DNA from: Macrostomum hystrix
Lineage: Eukaryota > Animalia > Platyhelminthes
Length of the DNA stretch: 64,000 nt
Direction of reading: 5' to 3'
Assembly: GCA_950097015.1 (NCBI GenBank)
Contig: CATNEN010000008.1
Location: 2,170,001-2,234,000 of the forward strand
The translations under genes were made by a program, and so were the position numbers. The notes under the pieces are model-generated. The model had not been told where the DNA came from, did no database searches, and saw only the letters and a list, made by a program, of their open reading frames with translations. Below, piece by piece: positions 1 to 12,500 of this stretch; the stretch's first letter is position 1, and every line of letters starts with the position of its first letter.

Positions 1-218
1 GCTTTTTATAGAAACTGTATTACTACTACTTTATGAGGTGGAAATCAATTAATTCTTTGATTCAAACCAGCCAAATTTTTTAAAGAACACAGGCAGTATG
101 GCTTGGAATAGTATTTGCGGCTTATTTAAATTTTTATGGTTTTCTTGATATATTCAAGATTAGTGTAATTAAAGATTAGTGTAATTAAAGCTAAACTCAA
201 CAGGTATTTCTTGTTTGG

Positions 219-980
219 AAGTGCTTATTCCCATGGTCCCGTGCCGAGAATTTCAATTTTATCCACATGGATTGGTGCCGATAATTTTCTGCTTATCCAC
301 ATAGCAGCTTGTATAAATAGGTCTACTTTCAAGTCCCTACCTATTCTTCTCTGAGCATAAGGCTTTTGCTTCAGAGTATAGTGTATACTGTACACTATCA
401 ATGTATAGTGTAAAATAATAACAATGATGTGTGATAATATGTGTGACGAGTTTGGTGCTGACTAGAATTCTGCTGGTTGACTTGTATGATTTTCTTTGAT
501 GAACTTCTTACTTTTTCAGTCAATACAATTCAAATGAAACCACGTAACTATGACAAAATATGCAGTAGGCCTAATTTGTTATTACAATAATTAAAAAGGA
601 TGACATTAATGTTGGTTAATGAATGTGAAGGTCAAAATGTAGAACACATTCGTAACACATTGGCAACTTTGTCGATCTATTGGCTTGAGGGTTCAACAAA
701 ATGTATAAACCCGAAAGGGCCTCGTTTCAAAAAAACAGAACTGTGTGGATATAATTGAAATTAACGGCACGGCATATTTATATAAAGAATTTTAGACCTA
801 TTCATACAAGCTGCCGTGTGGATAAGCAGAAAATTATTGGCATGGCTCCGAGTGGATAAAATTAAAATTAACGGCACGGCATATTTATATAAAGAGTTGT
901 GGATAAGCAGAAAATTATCAGCACGGATCTGTGTGGATAAAATTGAAATTATTGGCACGGGACCGTGGAAATAAGCTCTG
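219..980. mobile_element. Decayed MITE / non-autonomous DNA transposon (hAT-like ends) with long imperfect terminal inverted repeats and subterminal repeats
   Basis: 219-345 (AAGTGCTTATTCCCATGGTCCCGTGCCGAGAATTTCAATTTTATCCACA...) aligns with the reverse complement of about 790-980 (CAGAGCTTATTTCCACGGTCCCGTGCCAATAATTTCAATTTTATCCACA...). Several TTATCCACA/TGTGGATAA and GTGCCG/CGGCAC subterminal motifs are present. No clean TSD seen. Confidence 0.6.
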
Positions 981-3164
981 CCTTCTTTTTTATCTATAAC
1001 CTCGCTTAAAAGTGTGTTTAAAAGTGTATGTTTTGTAGTTTTTTTGTCTGAAAATGATATATGGATAGTTTCTGCATTCTAGCTCAGCCGCCTTTGTATG
1101 CTATTGCTGTAAGTGTAGCAGTATGACGAAGACAATGGTGAACGTGTAGCGGTAGCAATTATTTGGTAGCTTCTTAGTTGTAGCTAGCACGGTTATGTTT
1201 GTTCTTCAGTTGGCGTATTTACTTATTTCTTTCGAAGCGTAAAAATGCACTTTATGAGCTCGACCACTTAAGCACTTTGGGGGTTATAATACAGTGCGAG
1301 ACAGACGGTTACTATAAAGTCTAACTTAACCTACTCTACAAATTATAAGTCAATGGCTTGATAGCTGAGACTTTACATTTAAATTCAGATTGCGTTCAGT
1401 AGAAACAAAATTACTTGCTGTTGCTCTCTCGCGCTGCCTCAGCGTTCCGATTTAAACACGCATAGTCGCAGAACAAATGAACGAGCAGGGAAAGAGACAG
1501 AGCAAACCAGGGGACGCACGAGAGAAAGGGGCAAGCAAGCAGCTCTGAACTAAAAATCACGTTTCTTCGAATACATTTTAAAGGCTATGAAATTCTACGA
1601 ATCCGCAATATAACAAACCATTGGCATTGAAGCGATTAAACAGTTCAACGAGTATCAACGACTATTGCTAACCTATGGAAAGAACCGAGCAAATTAATAT
1701 TCACGCAAACTTATTGTAACAAAAAATATGACTTCACGACGTCACAGGAGCTTCGATGTATAAAAGTTCCTAATAAATATTCCTAATTCCTTATCAACAC
1801 AATCAAATCAAATCCAATAAAATATATGGGTTTTTCTCATCTAGATTGGATGGTGTTGTAATATAATGATTGTCCTAGCTGGAGCGTGAGGAATTTAAGG
1901 ACAAACAAGCTGACACTAGTGTAATTGTCAAGCAGTCATCTCACGTACAATTTTCATGCACTATTACACAATATACATGCAAAGACCAGTAAACATGCAC
2001 AATCCATTTTGCAACTAAACAAACAATAAACTAATTACACAAGCGCCAGTCAGAAAGGGGGCACTGGGTTAAATGAAGCGCTTCAGAACTACCGAGTTAA
2101 CATAGTCCACCCGTTAGTGATCAGGCTGTGTCTGTGAGTGCAACTATAACGCTTTTAGGAAACAAGTGTATACACTTCCAGTTTTTTAGACTAAAATTAA
2201 GTATTTTGCTATTATTAATAACTGCAGTTTAAATTTTCAGCAGAACAACGCTACTTTTTGTATATTTAAAAACTAAAAAGTCAATCAACGAATCTAGGAT
2301 TGCACGACAAACTATATGGAGAAATATGTATACAGAAAATTCGATTGTTGCAAAAATACGTGCTATAATATCCGCTCTGCACAGTCAACAGTAAAAATAG
2401 ACAAGGAAATTCGTTGCGAAACAAATCTAAAATTTGCACACCGTCAAAATCAAGTGATCAGTGAGTGACACAGAAAATACATTTCAGCCAGCTGAAAAAG
2501 CCTATTGGCTGCGATATATTAGATACAGATATTTTGAGGTCATAATTGAAGGTCAGCTTTTCAACAGCAACGGAGTGCGAGATGATTGTATAGTCATTAA
2601 GATTTTACTAAACTGTTTCGCGAAAATCAAACATAAAAAGTGAAAAATTGTGTCAGCTGGCAAGCAAATTTGTGTTTTTTTACTTGCTTGAGTAAAAGGA
2701 CGTTCAGTTGACACAAAAAACTGTGGAACCTTTTTAGTAAGCAACATATGACAAAAATTCGTACCTCACAATCCTCAGCAACACCTTCGAAATCCTCAGA
2801 GACGAAAGCGTTTGTTTCGCGTGGCGCGAGATAGAAAATTGACTTTAACAAACGCAGGCATTTAATAAAAATATGGGAATTTAAGTGCATTTGTTTATCC
2901 TTCATTTTAGCTCATGCAACACAAAGTTTACTGAGATTTTCAGAAACAGGTGGATAAGAAAAGACTATTGCAATAGAAACAGATATGCGAAAATGATTAG
3001 AAAAATATGCAATTTAACTGCCTTTTTTCGGTATAGACATTTTCAGATGATGCCCAAAAAGTACATTTCATTCGCAGCAATGCATCTTGCAGCCGTGAGG
3101 TGGCACAGCTTTTGTAATCAGCAAGTAAAATCGAGCTAAAAAATCGTTGTCATGGCGATGCTCA

Positions 3165-6100
3165 TCACATCGGTTTGTCCAAAGCGTCCAGATAGTTCTC
3201 ATCGATGAGCTTAGGAATTAGCAGGTGTCTGAAAGTTTGAAAACAATGAAGCAAATTGTTTATGAACATTGGCTAGAGGTCCGGGTAGTAGCGAAACGAT
3301 AACGAGTCCGACCTTCGAAACAAGGCTTCAGGGGTTCGATTAGTTTGCCGGATCTAACTAACGCAGCCCCGACTGGTTCCTTGAATACTGTTCCGAGTGG
3401 AACTGTTAAACTATATTCAGTCCAGGTCGACCCACCTGACAGGCATCTGCAGCAGCAGAATTACGGGGAAGCCCAGCTTGGCGTACGCGATGCTGTTGAA
3501 GCCTAGTGCACAGAGTACAAACAGTTGGACCAGCTGCATACAGGTGAAAATGTGCACCTTGCGCTGGGGGACTCGCCTCAGATAATGCGATGGCGGATAA
3601 GCGGCCTGTGGATTCGTTGGGCGCAGTGACTAATCAGCTACTGACAGTAGAAAGCTAAGCGTTTTATAACTCCTGAATTAATGAACCAGATGCCGCACAT
3701 TCAGGCTATTAAGTGACCTCACCTGCTCCGTAAACAGAAGAAGGATGCGTTCAAACAGCTGGTTGCCAAACAGGGCTGTGATGGCCATGCAGACAAACAG
3801 GCCGTCCAGTACTGGCACTGGTATGAAGCTGAGCGGCGTCGGGCACATCAGCAACGACAGGCCGATCAGGACGTTCGACACAATACCGGTGAGACGGGTT
3901 TCACGAACGCGGACAACGCTGAAATATATGTTTTTAAACACACGTTTTTTAATGCAGGTCAATTAAAGTAGCACCCGCCATGCCAAGAACTCTGCGCACC
4001 TCTGATGCACGTGCTGGCCAAGGTCGATGCGCTCTTCAAGGTCGGCCAGTGCTTTCACGTGCAACGGCGAGTGCGGCAAGGCGCCGTGCACCCATGGCAG
4101 GCCGAAGCAGGACATTGCACCGTTCATGAGGGCCACAATCAGGAGGTCTAGATGGTAGGCTGAGCCTTTGCGAAGTCTGCGATGAGCGCAATGAGATGTT
4201 GTGTCATTGCTAACTGAGGGGAACTCGTCCTTCGGAGGAGTTTTGCATTACTACAGTATAAAATCGGAGTTTTTGCGAATGCTGGAAGGCTAATATGTGA
4301 ATTGGGTTTCAAAATTCTGGGTGCAGAATGGATGCACTTATGTTTCTCACTTGTTAGCCGGACAGTTGACCATGGCCGAGCTGATGTTCTGGTCCATGAA
4401 GAACAGCATCGACAATGGGATGGCCAAGCCGAATGCGCCCAGAATTGCCAGCCACGGCAACGGCCGGGCAACAACAAACTCCAAGTGAACATAGGGCAGG
4501 CAGGAGAACTTTTGCACTGCGAAAATTAAAATGAAAGGAATTCCGCTAACTCTCTTGATTATAAAAATATATTAGATCAGAAACCATGGTGTATTTCAGA
4601 TTTCAGTGTTCTTAATAGATAATAAAATATATCAAACTCCAACCCTCACGCTGATTGGCTGGCTTTATATAGAATAATAACATTGCGTCACACCACTCTC
4701 AGCGTGTTTTTCTACACCTCCGCAGGCTACCCACCCCACGCGCTGCGCAAACCACCTCACTCCTTCTCAAAACAGCTGACCTCGGCTAGTCTACATAACT
4801 TTACGAATATGCTTATATAAATTCTTGGTAATAAACTCACATTGGACGTTCCTGAATAGATAGGTGCCAACAAAGGACATTGCCAGAACCGACACGGGCA
4901 ATGAGAAATCCGCCATCAACTCGCGTTTTGCGCGATTCAAGTAGGGCCTGTAAAAAATATGTGACAAATCGATTCGCTACGGCAATGCCGGTCCCTGACA
5001 CCCCTCACGATCATCTCCGAAGTGACACGAGAGGCTGATCAAATCTAATTGGGCAAATTTTATGGGGCCTTCAAGGACAGCGGTCAGTAATTTTCTGACA
5101 TTCTAAAGTGATTAGGAAAGACTTCTGGTTGAAGAAGACTTCCATGTCACTTTATTCATCTCACTCATTTTGTCAATAATTTCCGTCCTTCTGTTACCCA
5201 TCGTTCAAACTTCGGAAAAAAGGACAGCTGTAGCACAAGAAAAATATTAGAAAACTTTTAAAGAAAAATGTAAATTTCTATTGGGCTTAATCTAAAATTT
5301 TCAGTGCTTGCTACATCAGAGCTTGGTTGTCTATCCTTCACCGATGGGATGGACTAGCAATCCATTCTGTTCCTTCACTGATGGGATAGACTAGCAATCC
5401 ATTCTGTTCCTTCACTGATGGGATAGACTAGCAATCCATTCTGTTCCTTCAGCCAAGGGAGAGACTAGCAATCCATTCTGTTCCTTCAATGATGGGATAG
5501 ACTAGCAATCCATTCTGTTCCTTCAGCCAAGGGAGAGACTAGCAATCCATTCTGTTCCTTCAATGATGGGATAGACTAGCAATCCATTCTGTTCCTTCAC
5601 TGATGGGATAGACTAGCAATCCATTCTGTTCCTTCAATGATGGGATAGACTAGCAATCCATTCTGTTCCTTCACTGATGGGATAGACTAGCAATCCATTC
5701 TGTTCCTTCACTGATGGGATAGACTAGCAATCCATTCTGTTCCTTCACTGATGGGATAGACTAGCAATCCATTCTGTTCCTTCAATGATGGGATAGACTA
5801 GCAATCCATTCTGTTCCTTCACTGATGGGATAGACTAGCAATCCATTCTGTTCCTTCACTGATGGGATAGACTAGCAATCCATTCTGTTCCTTCACTGAT
5901 GGGATAGACTAGCAATCCATTCTGTTCCTTCAATGATGGGATAGACTAGCAATCCATTCTGTTCCTTCACTGATGGGATAGACTAGCAATCCATTCTGTT
6001 CCTTCACTGATGGGATAGACTAGCAATCCATTCTGTTCCTTCACTGATGGGATAGACTAGCAATCCATTCTGTTCCTTCAATGATGGGATAGACTAGCAA

Positions 6101-9100
6101 TCCATTCTGTTCCTTCACTGATGGGATAGACTAGCAATCCATTCTGTTCCTTCACCCATGGGATAGACTAGCAATCCATTCTGTTCCTTCACTGATGGGA
6201 TAGACTAGCAATCCATTCTGTTCCTTCACTGATGGGATAGACTAGCAATCCATTCTGTTCCTTCACTGATGGGATAGACTAGCAATCCATTCTGTTCCTT
6301 CACTGATGGGATAGACTAGCAATCCATTCTGTTCCTTCACTGATGGGATAGACTAGCAATCCATTCTGTTCCTTCACCCATGGGATAGACTAGCAATCCA
6401 TTCTGTTCCTTCACTGATGGGATAGACTAGCAATCCATTCTGTTCCTTCACTGATGGGATAGACTAGCAATCCATTCTGTTCCTTCACTGATGGGATAGA
6501 CTAGCAATCCATTCTGTTCCTTCACTGATGGGATAGACTAGCAATCCATTCTGTTCCTTCACTGATGGGATAGACTAGCAATCCATTCTGTTCCTTCACC
6601 CATGGAATAGACTAGCAATCCATTCTGTTCCTTCACCCATTGGATAGACTAGCAATCCATTCTGTTCCTTCACCCATTGGATAGACTAGCAATCCATTCT
6701 GTTCCTTCACCCATGGGATAGACTAGCAATCCATTCTGTTCCTTCACTCATGGGATAGACTAGCAATCCATTCTGTTCCTTCACTGATGGGATAGACTAG
6801 CAATCCATTCTGTTCCTTCACTGATGGGATAGACTAGCAATCCATTCTGTTCCTTCACCCATGGGATAGACTAGCAATCCATTCTGTTCCTTCACTGATG
6901 GGATAGACAAGCAATCCATTCTGTTCCTTCACTGATGGGATAGACTAGCAATCCATTCTGTTCCTTCACTGAAGGCATAGACTAGCAATCCATTCTGTTC
7001 CTTCACTGATGGGATAGACTAGCAATCCATTCTGTTCCTTCACTGAAGGCATAGACTAGCAATCCACTTGCGTTTTGGTGAAGTTGAGCAGGTACATGGA
7101 CAGGAAAACGGTGCCGATGCACAGCAGCAGGAACAGGATACTGATGTCTCGCTGGCACACCTGCTTCTGGCCTACCAAGGAGCTTTCGTTGGCAGCCGTT
7201 TGGTTCGGCAGAAGGTATGGAACGCCATCCGCAGCCACCGGGACGACGCCACTCTGGTTCATACCAACTCCACCATCACAGTAGTATGTACTGAAGTCTG
7301 ACAACGTTAAGTACAGTAAAATTAGTTTTTTTTCAAGTTTTGCTGATACCTACGATTCCTACTGCGATTCTAGCTTCGATTCCTACTGCAATTCTAGCTA
7401 CTATTTCAACAGTAATTCTAGCTACGATTCCTACTACAATTCTAGCTACGATTCCTACTGCGCTACTAGCTACGATTCCTACTGCGATTCTAGCTACGAT
7501 TCCTACTGCGACTCTAGCTACGATTCCTACTGCGACTCTAGCTACGATTCCTACTGCGACTCTAGCTACGATTCCTACTGCGATTCTAGCTACGATTCCT
7601 ACTGCGACTCTAGCTTCGATTCCTACTGCGACTCTAGCTACGACTCCTACTGCAATTCTAGCTACGATTCCTACTGCGACTCTAGCTACGATTCCTACTG
7701 CGATTCTAGCTACGATTCCTACTGCGACTCTAGCTTCGATTCCTACTGCGACTCTAGCTACGATTCCTACAGCAATTCCAGCTACGATTCCTACTGCAAT
7801 TCTAGCTACGATTCCTACTGCAATTCTAGCTACGATTCCTACAACAATTCTAGCTACGATTCCTACTGCGATTCTAGCTACGATTCCCGCTGTCCTGTAT
7901 TTCCCGGTGCAGTCAAACGACAGCAGCAGCTTCAGCTACGATTTCAACTAATCAGAATGAGAGTGCCTACTCACTGCCATAGACACTTTTCGCCGCTCCC
8001 ACGGTGAAAGCCACCGAGATGAACATGGCGAAGATTTCCTCTGTACTGCGCGTCGACCAGCGCATGAGCTTGCTGAGGTCCAGCACCGCGTAGAGCAGCA
8101 GCAGGGCGGCGTTGAACAAGCCGACCCAGCCGAAGAAGGCGAAGAAGTCTAGGTCGTGAGTACGGCTGAGCTCGAATATTACTGCGGGTCGATGGAGGCC
8201 AGGCGAGAGGAAATACACGGTTAGAAGGGCGAGAGAAAAAATGAAGGAAAAGTGAAAAAGTACAGGCACGAAATGTGAGAAAAGTGTGACGAAATCAAGT
8301 GGTATTGAAGACGAATAATTCTAGAGCAGTTCTAGCTACGATTCCTACTGCGACTCTAGCTACGATTCCTACTGCGACTCTAGCTACGATTCCTACTGCG
8401 ACTCTAGCTACGATTCCTACTGCAATTCCAGCTACGATTCCTACTGCGACTCTAGCTTCGATTCCTATTGCGACTCTAGCTTCGATTCTTACTGCGACTC
8501 TAGCTTCGATTCCTACTGCGACTCTAGCTTCGATTCCTACTGCGACTCTAGCTTCGATTCCTACTGCGACTCTAGCTACGATTCCTACTGCGACTCTAGC
8601 TACGATTCCTACTGCGACTCTAGCTACGATTCCTACTGCGACTCTAGCTACGATTCCTACTGCAATTCCAGCTACGATTCCTACTGCAATTCCAGCTACA
8701 ATTCCTACTGCGACTCTAGCTACGATTCCAACTACAATTCTAGCTACGATTCCTAAAGCAATTCCAGCTACGATTCCTACTGCGACTCTAGCTTCGATTC
8801 CTATTGCGACTCTAGCTTCGATTCTTACTGCGACTCTAGCTTCGATTCCTACTGCGACTCTAGCTTCGATTCCTACTGCGACTCTAGCTTCGATTCCTAC
8901 TGCGACTCTAGCTACGATTTCTACTGCGACTCTAGCTTCGATTCCTATTGCGACTCTAGCTACGATTCCTACTGCGACTCTAGCTACGATTCCTACTGCT
9001 AGACCGATTCCTACTGCACACACTCACACAGGTGTGTACATCTTCACTGACTTTCTCATCGTCAGGCAGTGCACACTTTTGGCCCTCAAAGGCGTAAATT

Positions 9101-9521
9101 GCAGATGAAGGAAATGGACAAATAAATGTGGCCTCGCCGCGAAATCAAGCTCAGGAACGTGTTAGACTGGCTCCACCACTCACGCCCGAATTCGAGTGGA
9201 ATAAAACTAAAAAGTACATTTTTCTCTCTCTTCAACTTTCAGCCGACGGAAAGTGTCGCAAAAAAAGAAATAAGAAGAGAGAAAAATGGGGCAGAGTGCT
9301 CATTGGAACTTCAAGCAGCAAACAAAAAAAAACTGAGAGTGCAGGGCCCTTGCTCTACGTGTTGGTCCGCGCTTCTCTTCGATATTTTATTTGCTGAATC
9401 AGTCTAGCAAAAGTCAAACTAACTCTGTCCGATTCTCTCCATTTCTCTATAACGGCGCTGCTCTCGCTATTGCCAAAGTGCCAATTTGAATGCAAATTAT
9501 TGGTCTTGTCCTAGCCAGACA

Positions 9522-9556
<35 letters not shown>

Positions 9557-12500
9557 GAGCAGCAATGTTCTGGGTAGGCGTCTGGATAGTTTGATATTTT
9601 TCTAGGCTTTCAGCTTGTCATCATTTATTTGGTGTTTGTGTGTCTTTTTCTCCAGAAAACATGACAGAAGTGAAACCAAATGGAAGAAAAAGTGCGGCCT
9701 CCTAAATATATAGTCCGCTTCCTCTTAAAGTTCTTTCATTCATATTTTATCAGAAGTTGCAGCTCAAAGCTTTTTTGGCTTAAGGTTTGAGCATAATTTG
9801 AGTCGGAAGCTTGCTTCTGCATTTGCTCTGCATTTCTTGTTTCTCTGCTTGAAACAGATGAAACTGCTAGGAGAGATGAGACAGGGGAGAGAGGAGACAG
9901 GGGAGAGATGAGACAGGAAGGAGATGAGACAGGGGAGAGATGAGACAGGGGAGAGATGAGACAGGAAGGAGATGAGACAGGGGAGAGATGAGACAGGGGA
10001 GAGATGAGACAGGGGAGAGATGAGACAGGAAGGAGATGAGACAGGGGAGAGATGAGACAGGGGAGAGACGAGACAAGGGAGAGAAGAGACAAGGGAGAGA
10101 TAAGAGAGATTTTTAATCGGAAAATTTAAGCGGGTAAAACGAAACAGGAAGTAATAAAAATTCACGAGATTTCAGTTGCCGCGGGCAAAAAATAACTGCT
10201 CGACCGTGACTCTGCTGAGCGATAGACTATTGGCCATAAAATAAATTCAATCAGCTAAAAAACCAAATCCCACTTCAGAACTGGGTAAAGTCAAATATAA
10301 TTTACGTGACAAATGGTTTTACTCTTTCGTAAATATTCAGTTCAATAAAAAAGATATTATTTCGTTTTCAAAATCAGTCACGATTCGTGATAACTTACTT
10401 CTAGTGTACAGTGCAAGAGGTGCCGTTGTCAGCATCACGATCAAGGGCTGGCCGCCAAATAACGCAAATGTCACACCACCAATGCACTGCGAGAGCATTA
10501 CCCGCTGCACAGCTGAAAATGTAGCAGGTTACAGGACAATGTACGGGAGTGCGTGTGGGAGGAGAGTGACTAGAATCGGGAGTGCGTGTGGGAGGAGAGT
10601 GACTAGAATCGGGAGTGCGTGTGGGAGGAGAGTGACTAGAATCGGGAGTGCGTGTGGGAAGGAGAGTGACTAGAATCGGGAGTGCGTGTGGGAAGGAGAG
10701 TGACTAGAATCGGGAGTGCGTGTGGGAAGGAGAGTGACTAGAATCGGGACTGTGAGTGGGAAGGAGAGTGACTAGAATCGGGAGTGCGTGTGGGAAGGAG
10801 AGTGACTAGAATCGGGAGTGTGTGTGGGAGGAGAGTGACTAGAATCGGGAGCGTGTGTGGGAAGGAGAGTGACTAGAATCGGGAGCGTGTGTGGGAAGGA
10901 GAGTGACTAGAATCGGGAGTTTGTTGGGAAGGAGAGTGACTAGAATCGGGAGTGTGTGTCGGAAGGAGAGTGACTAGAATCGGGAGTGTGTGTCGGAAGG
11001 AGAGTGACTAGAATCGGGAGCGTGTGTGGGAAGGAGAGTGACTAAAATCGGGAGTGCGTGTGGGAAGGAGAGTGACTAGAATCGGGAGTGCGTGTGGGAA
11101 GGAGAGTGACTAGAATCGGGAGTGCGTGTGGGAAGGAGAGTGACTAGAATCGGGAGTGTGTGTGGGAAGGAGAGTGACTAGAATCGGGAGTGCGTGTGGG
11201 AAGGAGAGTGACTAGAATCGGGAGTGTGTGTGGGAGGAGAGTGACTAGAATCGGGAGCGTGTGTGGGAAGGAGAGTGACTAGAATCGGGAGCGTGTGTGG
11301 GAAGGAGAGTGACTAGAATCGGGAGTTTGTTGGGAAGGAGAGTGACTAGAATCGGGAGTGTGTGTCGGAAGGAGAGTGACTAGAATCGGGAGTGTGTGTC
11401 GGAAGGAGAGTGACTAGAATCGGGAGCGTGTGTGGGAAGGAGAGTGACTAGAATCGGGAGTGCGTGTGGGAAGGAGAGTGACTAGAATCGGGAGTGCGTG
11501 TGGGAAGGAGAGTGACTAGAATCGGGAGTGCGTGTGGGAAGGAGAGTGACTAGAATCGGGAGTGCGTGTGGGAAGGAGAGTGACTAGAATCGGGAGTGTG
11601 TGTGGGAAGGAGAGTGACTAGAATCGGGAGTGCGTGTGGGAAGGAGAGTGACTAGAATCGGGAGTGCGTGTGGGAAGGAGAGTGACTAGAATCGGGAGTG
11701 CGTGTGGGAAGGAGAGTGACTAGAATCGGGAGTGCGTGTGGGAAGGAGAGTGACTAGAATCGGGAGTGCGTGTGGGAAGGAGAGTGACTAGAATCGGGAG
11801 TGCGTGTGGGAAGGAGAGTGACTAGAATCGGGAGTGCGTGTGGGAAGGAGAGTGACTAGAATCGGGAGTGTGTGTGGGAAGGAGAGTGACTAGAATCGGG
11901 AGTGTGTGTGGGAAGGAGAGTGACTAGAATCGGGAGTGCGTGTGGGAAGGAGAGTGACTAGAATCGGGAGTGCGTGTGGGAAGGAGAGTGACTAGAATCG
12001 GGAGTGCGTGTGGGAAGGAGAGTGACTAGAATCGGGAGTGCGTGTGGGAAGGAGAGTGACTAGAATCGGGAGTGCGTGTGGGAGGAGAGTGACTAGAATC
12101 GGGAGTGCGTGTGGGAAGGAGAGTGACTAGAATCGGGAGTGCGTGTGGGAAGGAGAGTGACTAGAATCGGGAGTGTGTGTGGGAAGGAAAGTGACTAGAA
12201 TCGGGAGCGTGTGTGGGAAGGAGAGTGACTAGAATCGGGAGCGTGTGTGGGAAGGAGAGTGACTAGAATCGGGAGTGCGTGTGGGAAGGAGAGTGACTAG
12301 AATCGGGAGTGTGTGTGGGAAGGAAAGTGACTAGAATCGGGAGCGTGTGTGGGAAGGAGAGTGACTAGAATCGGGAGCGTGTGTGGGAAGGAGAGTGACT
12401 AGAATCGGGAGTTTGTTGGGAAGGAGAGTGACTAGAATCGGGAGCGTGTGTGGGAAGGAGAGTGACTAGAATCGGGAGTTTGTGGGGAAGGAGAGTGACT

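Noticed and set aside
259-940. Bacterial oriC suggested by clustered TTATCCACA DnaA boxes
   Set aside because: The context is a spliced animal genome, and the motifs sit symmetrically inside inverted repeats, which fits transposon subterminal repeats.
2461-3139. Short ORFs downstream of SLC4A11
   Set aside because: No recognisable domain; probably 3' UTR or intergenic sequence.
5341-7066. CRISPR array (37-bp repeat), and likewise the 34-, 41- and 45-bp arrays
   Set aside because: Units are head-to-tail with no unique spacers, there are no cas genes, and they lie inside introns.
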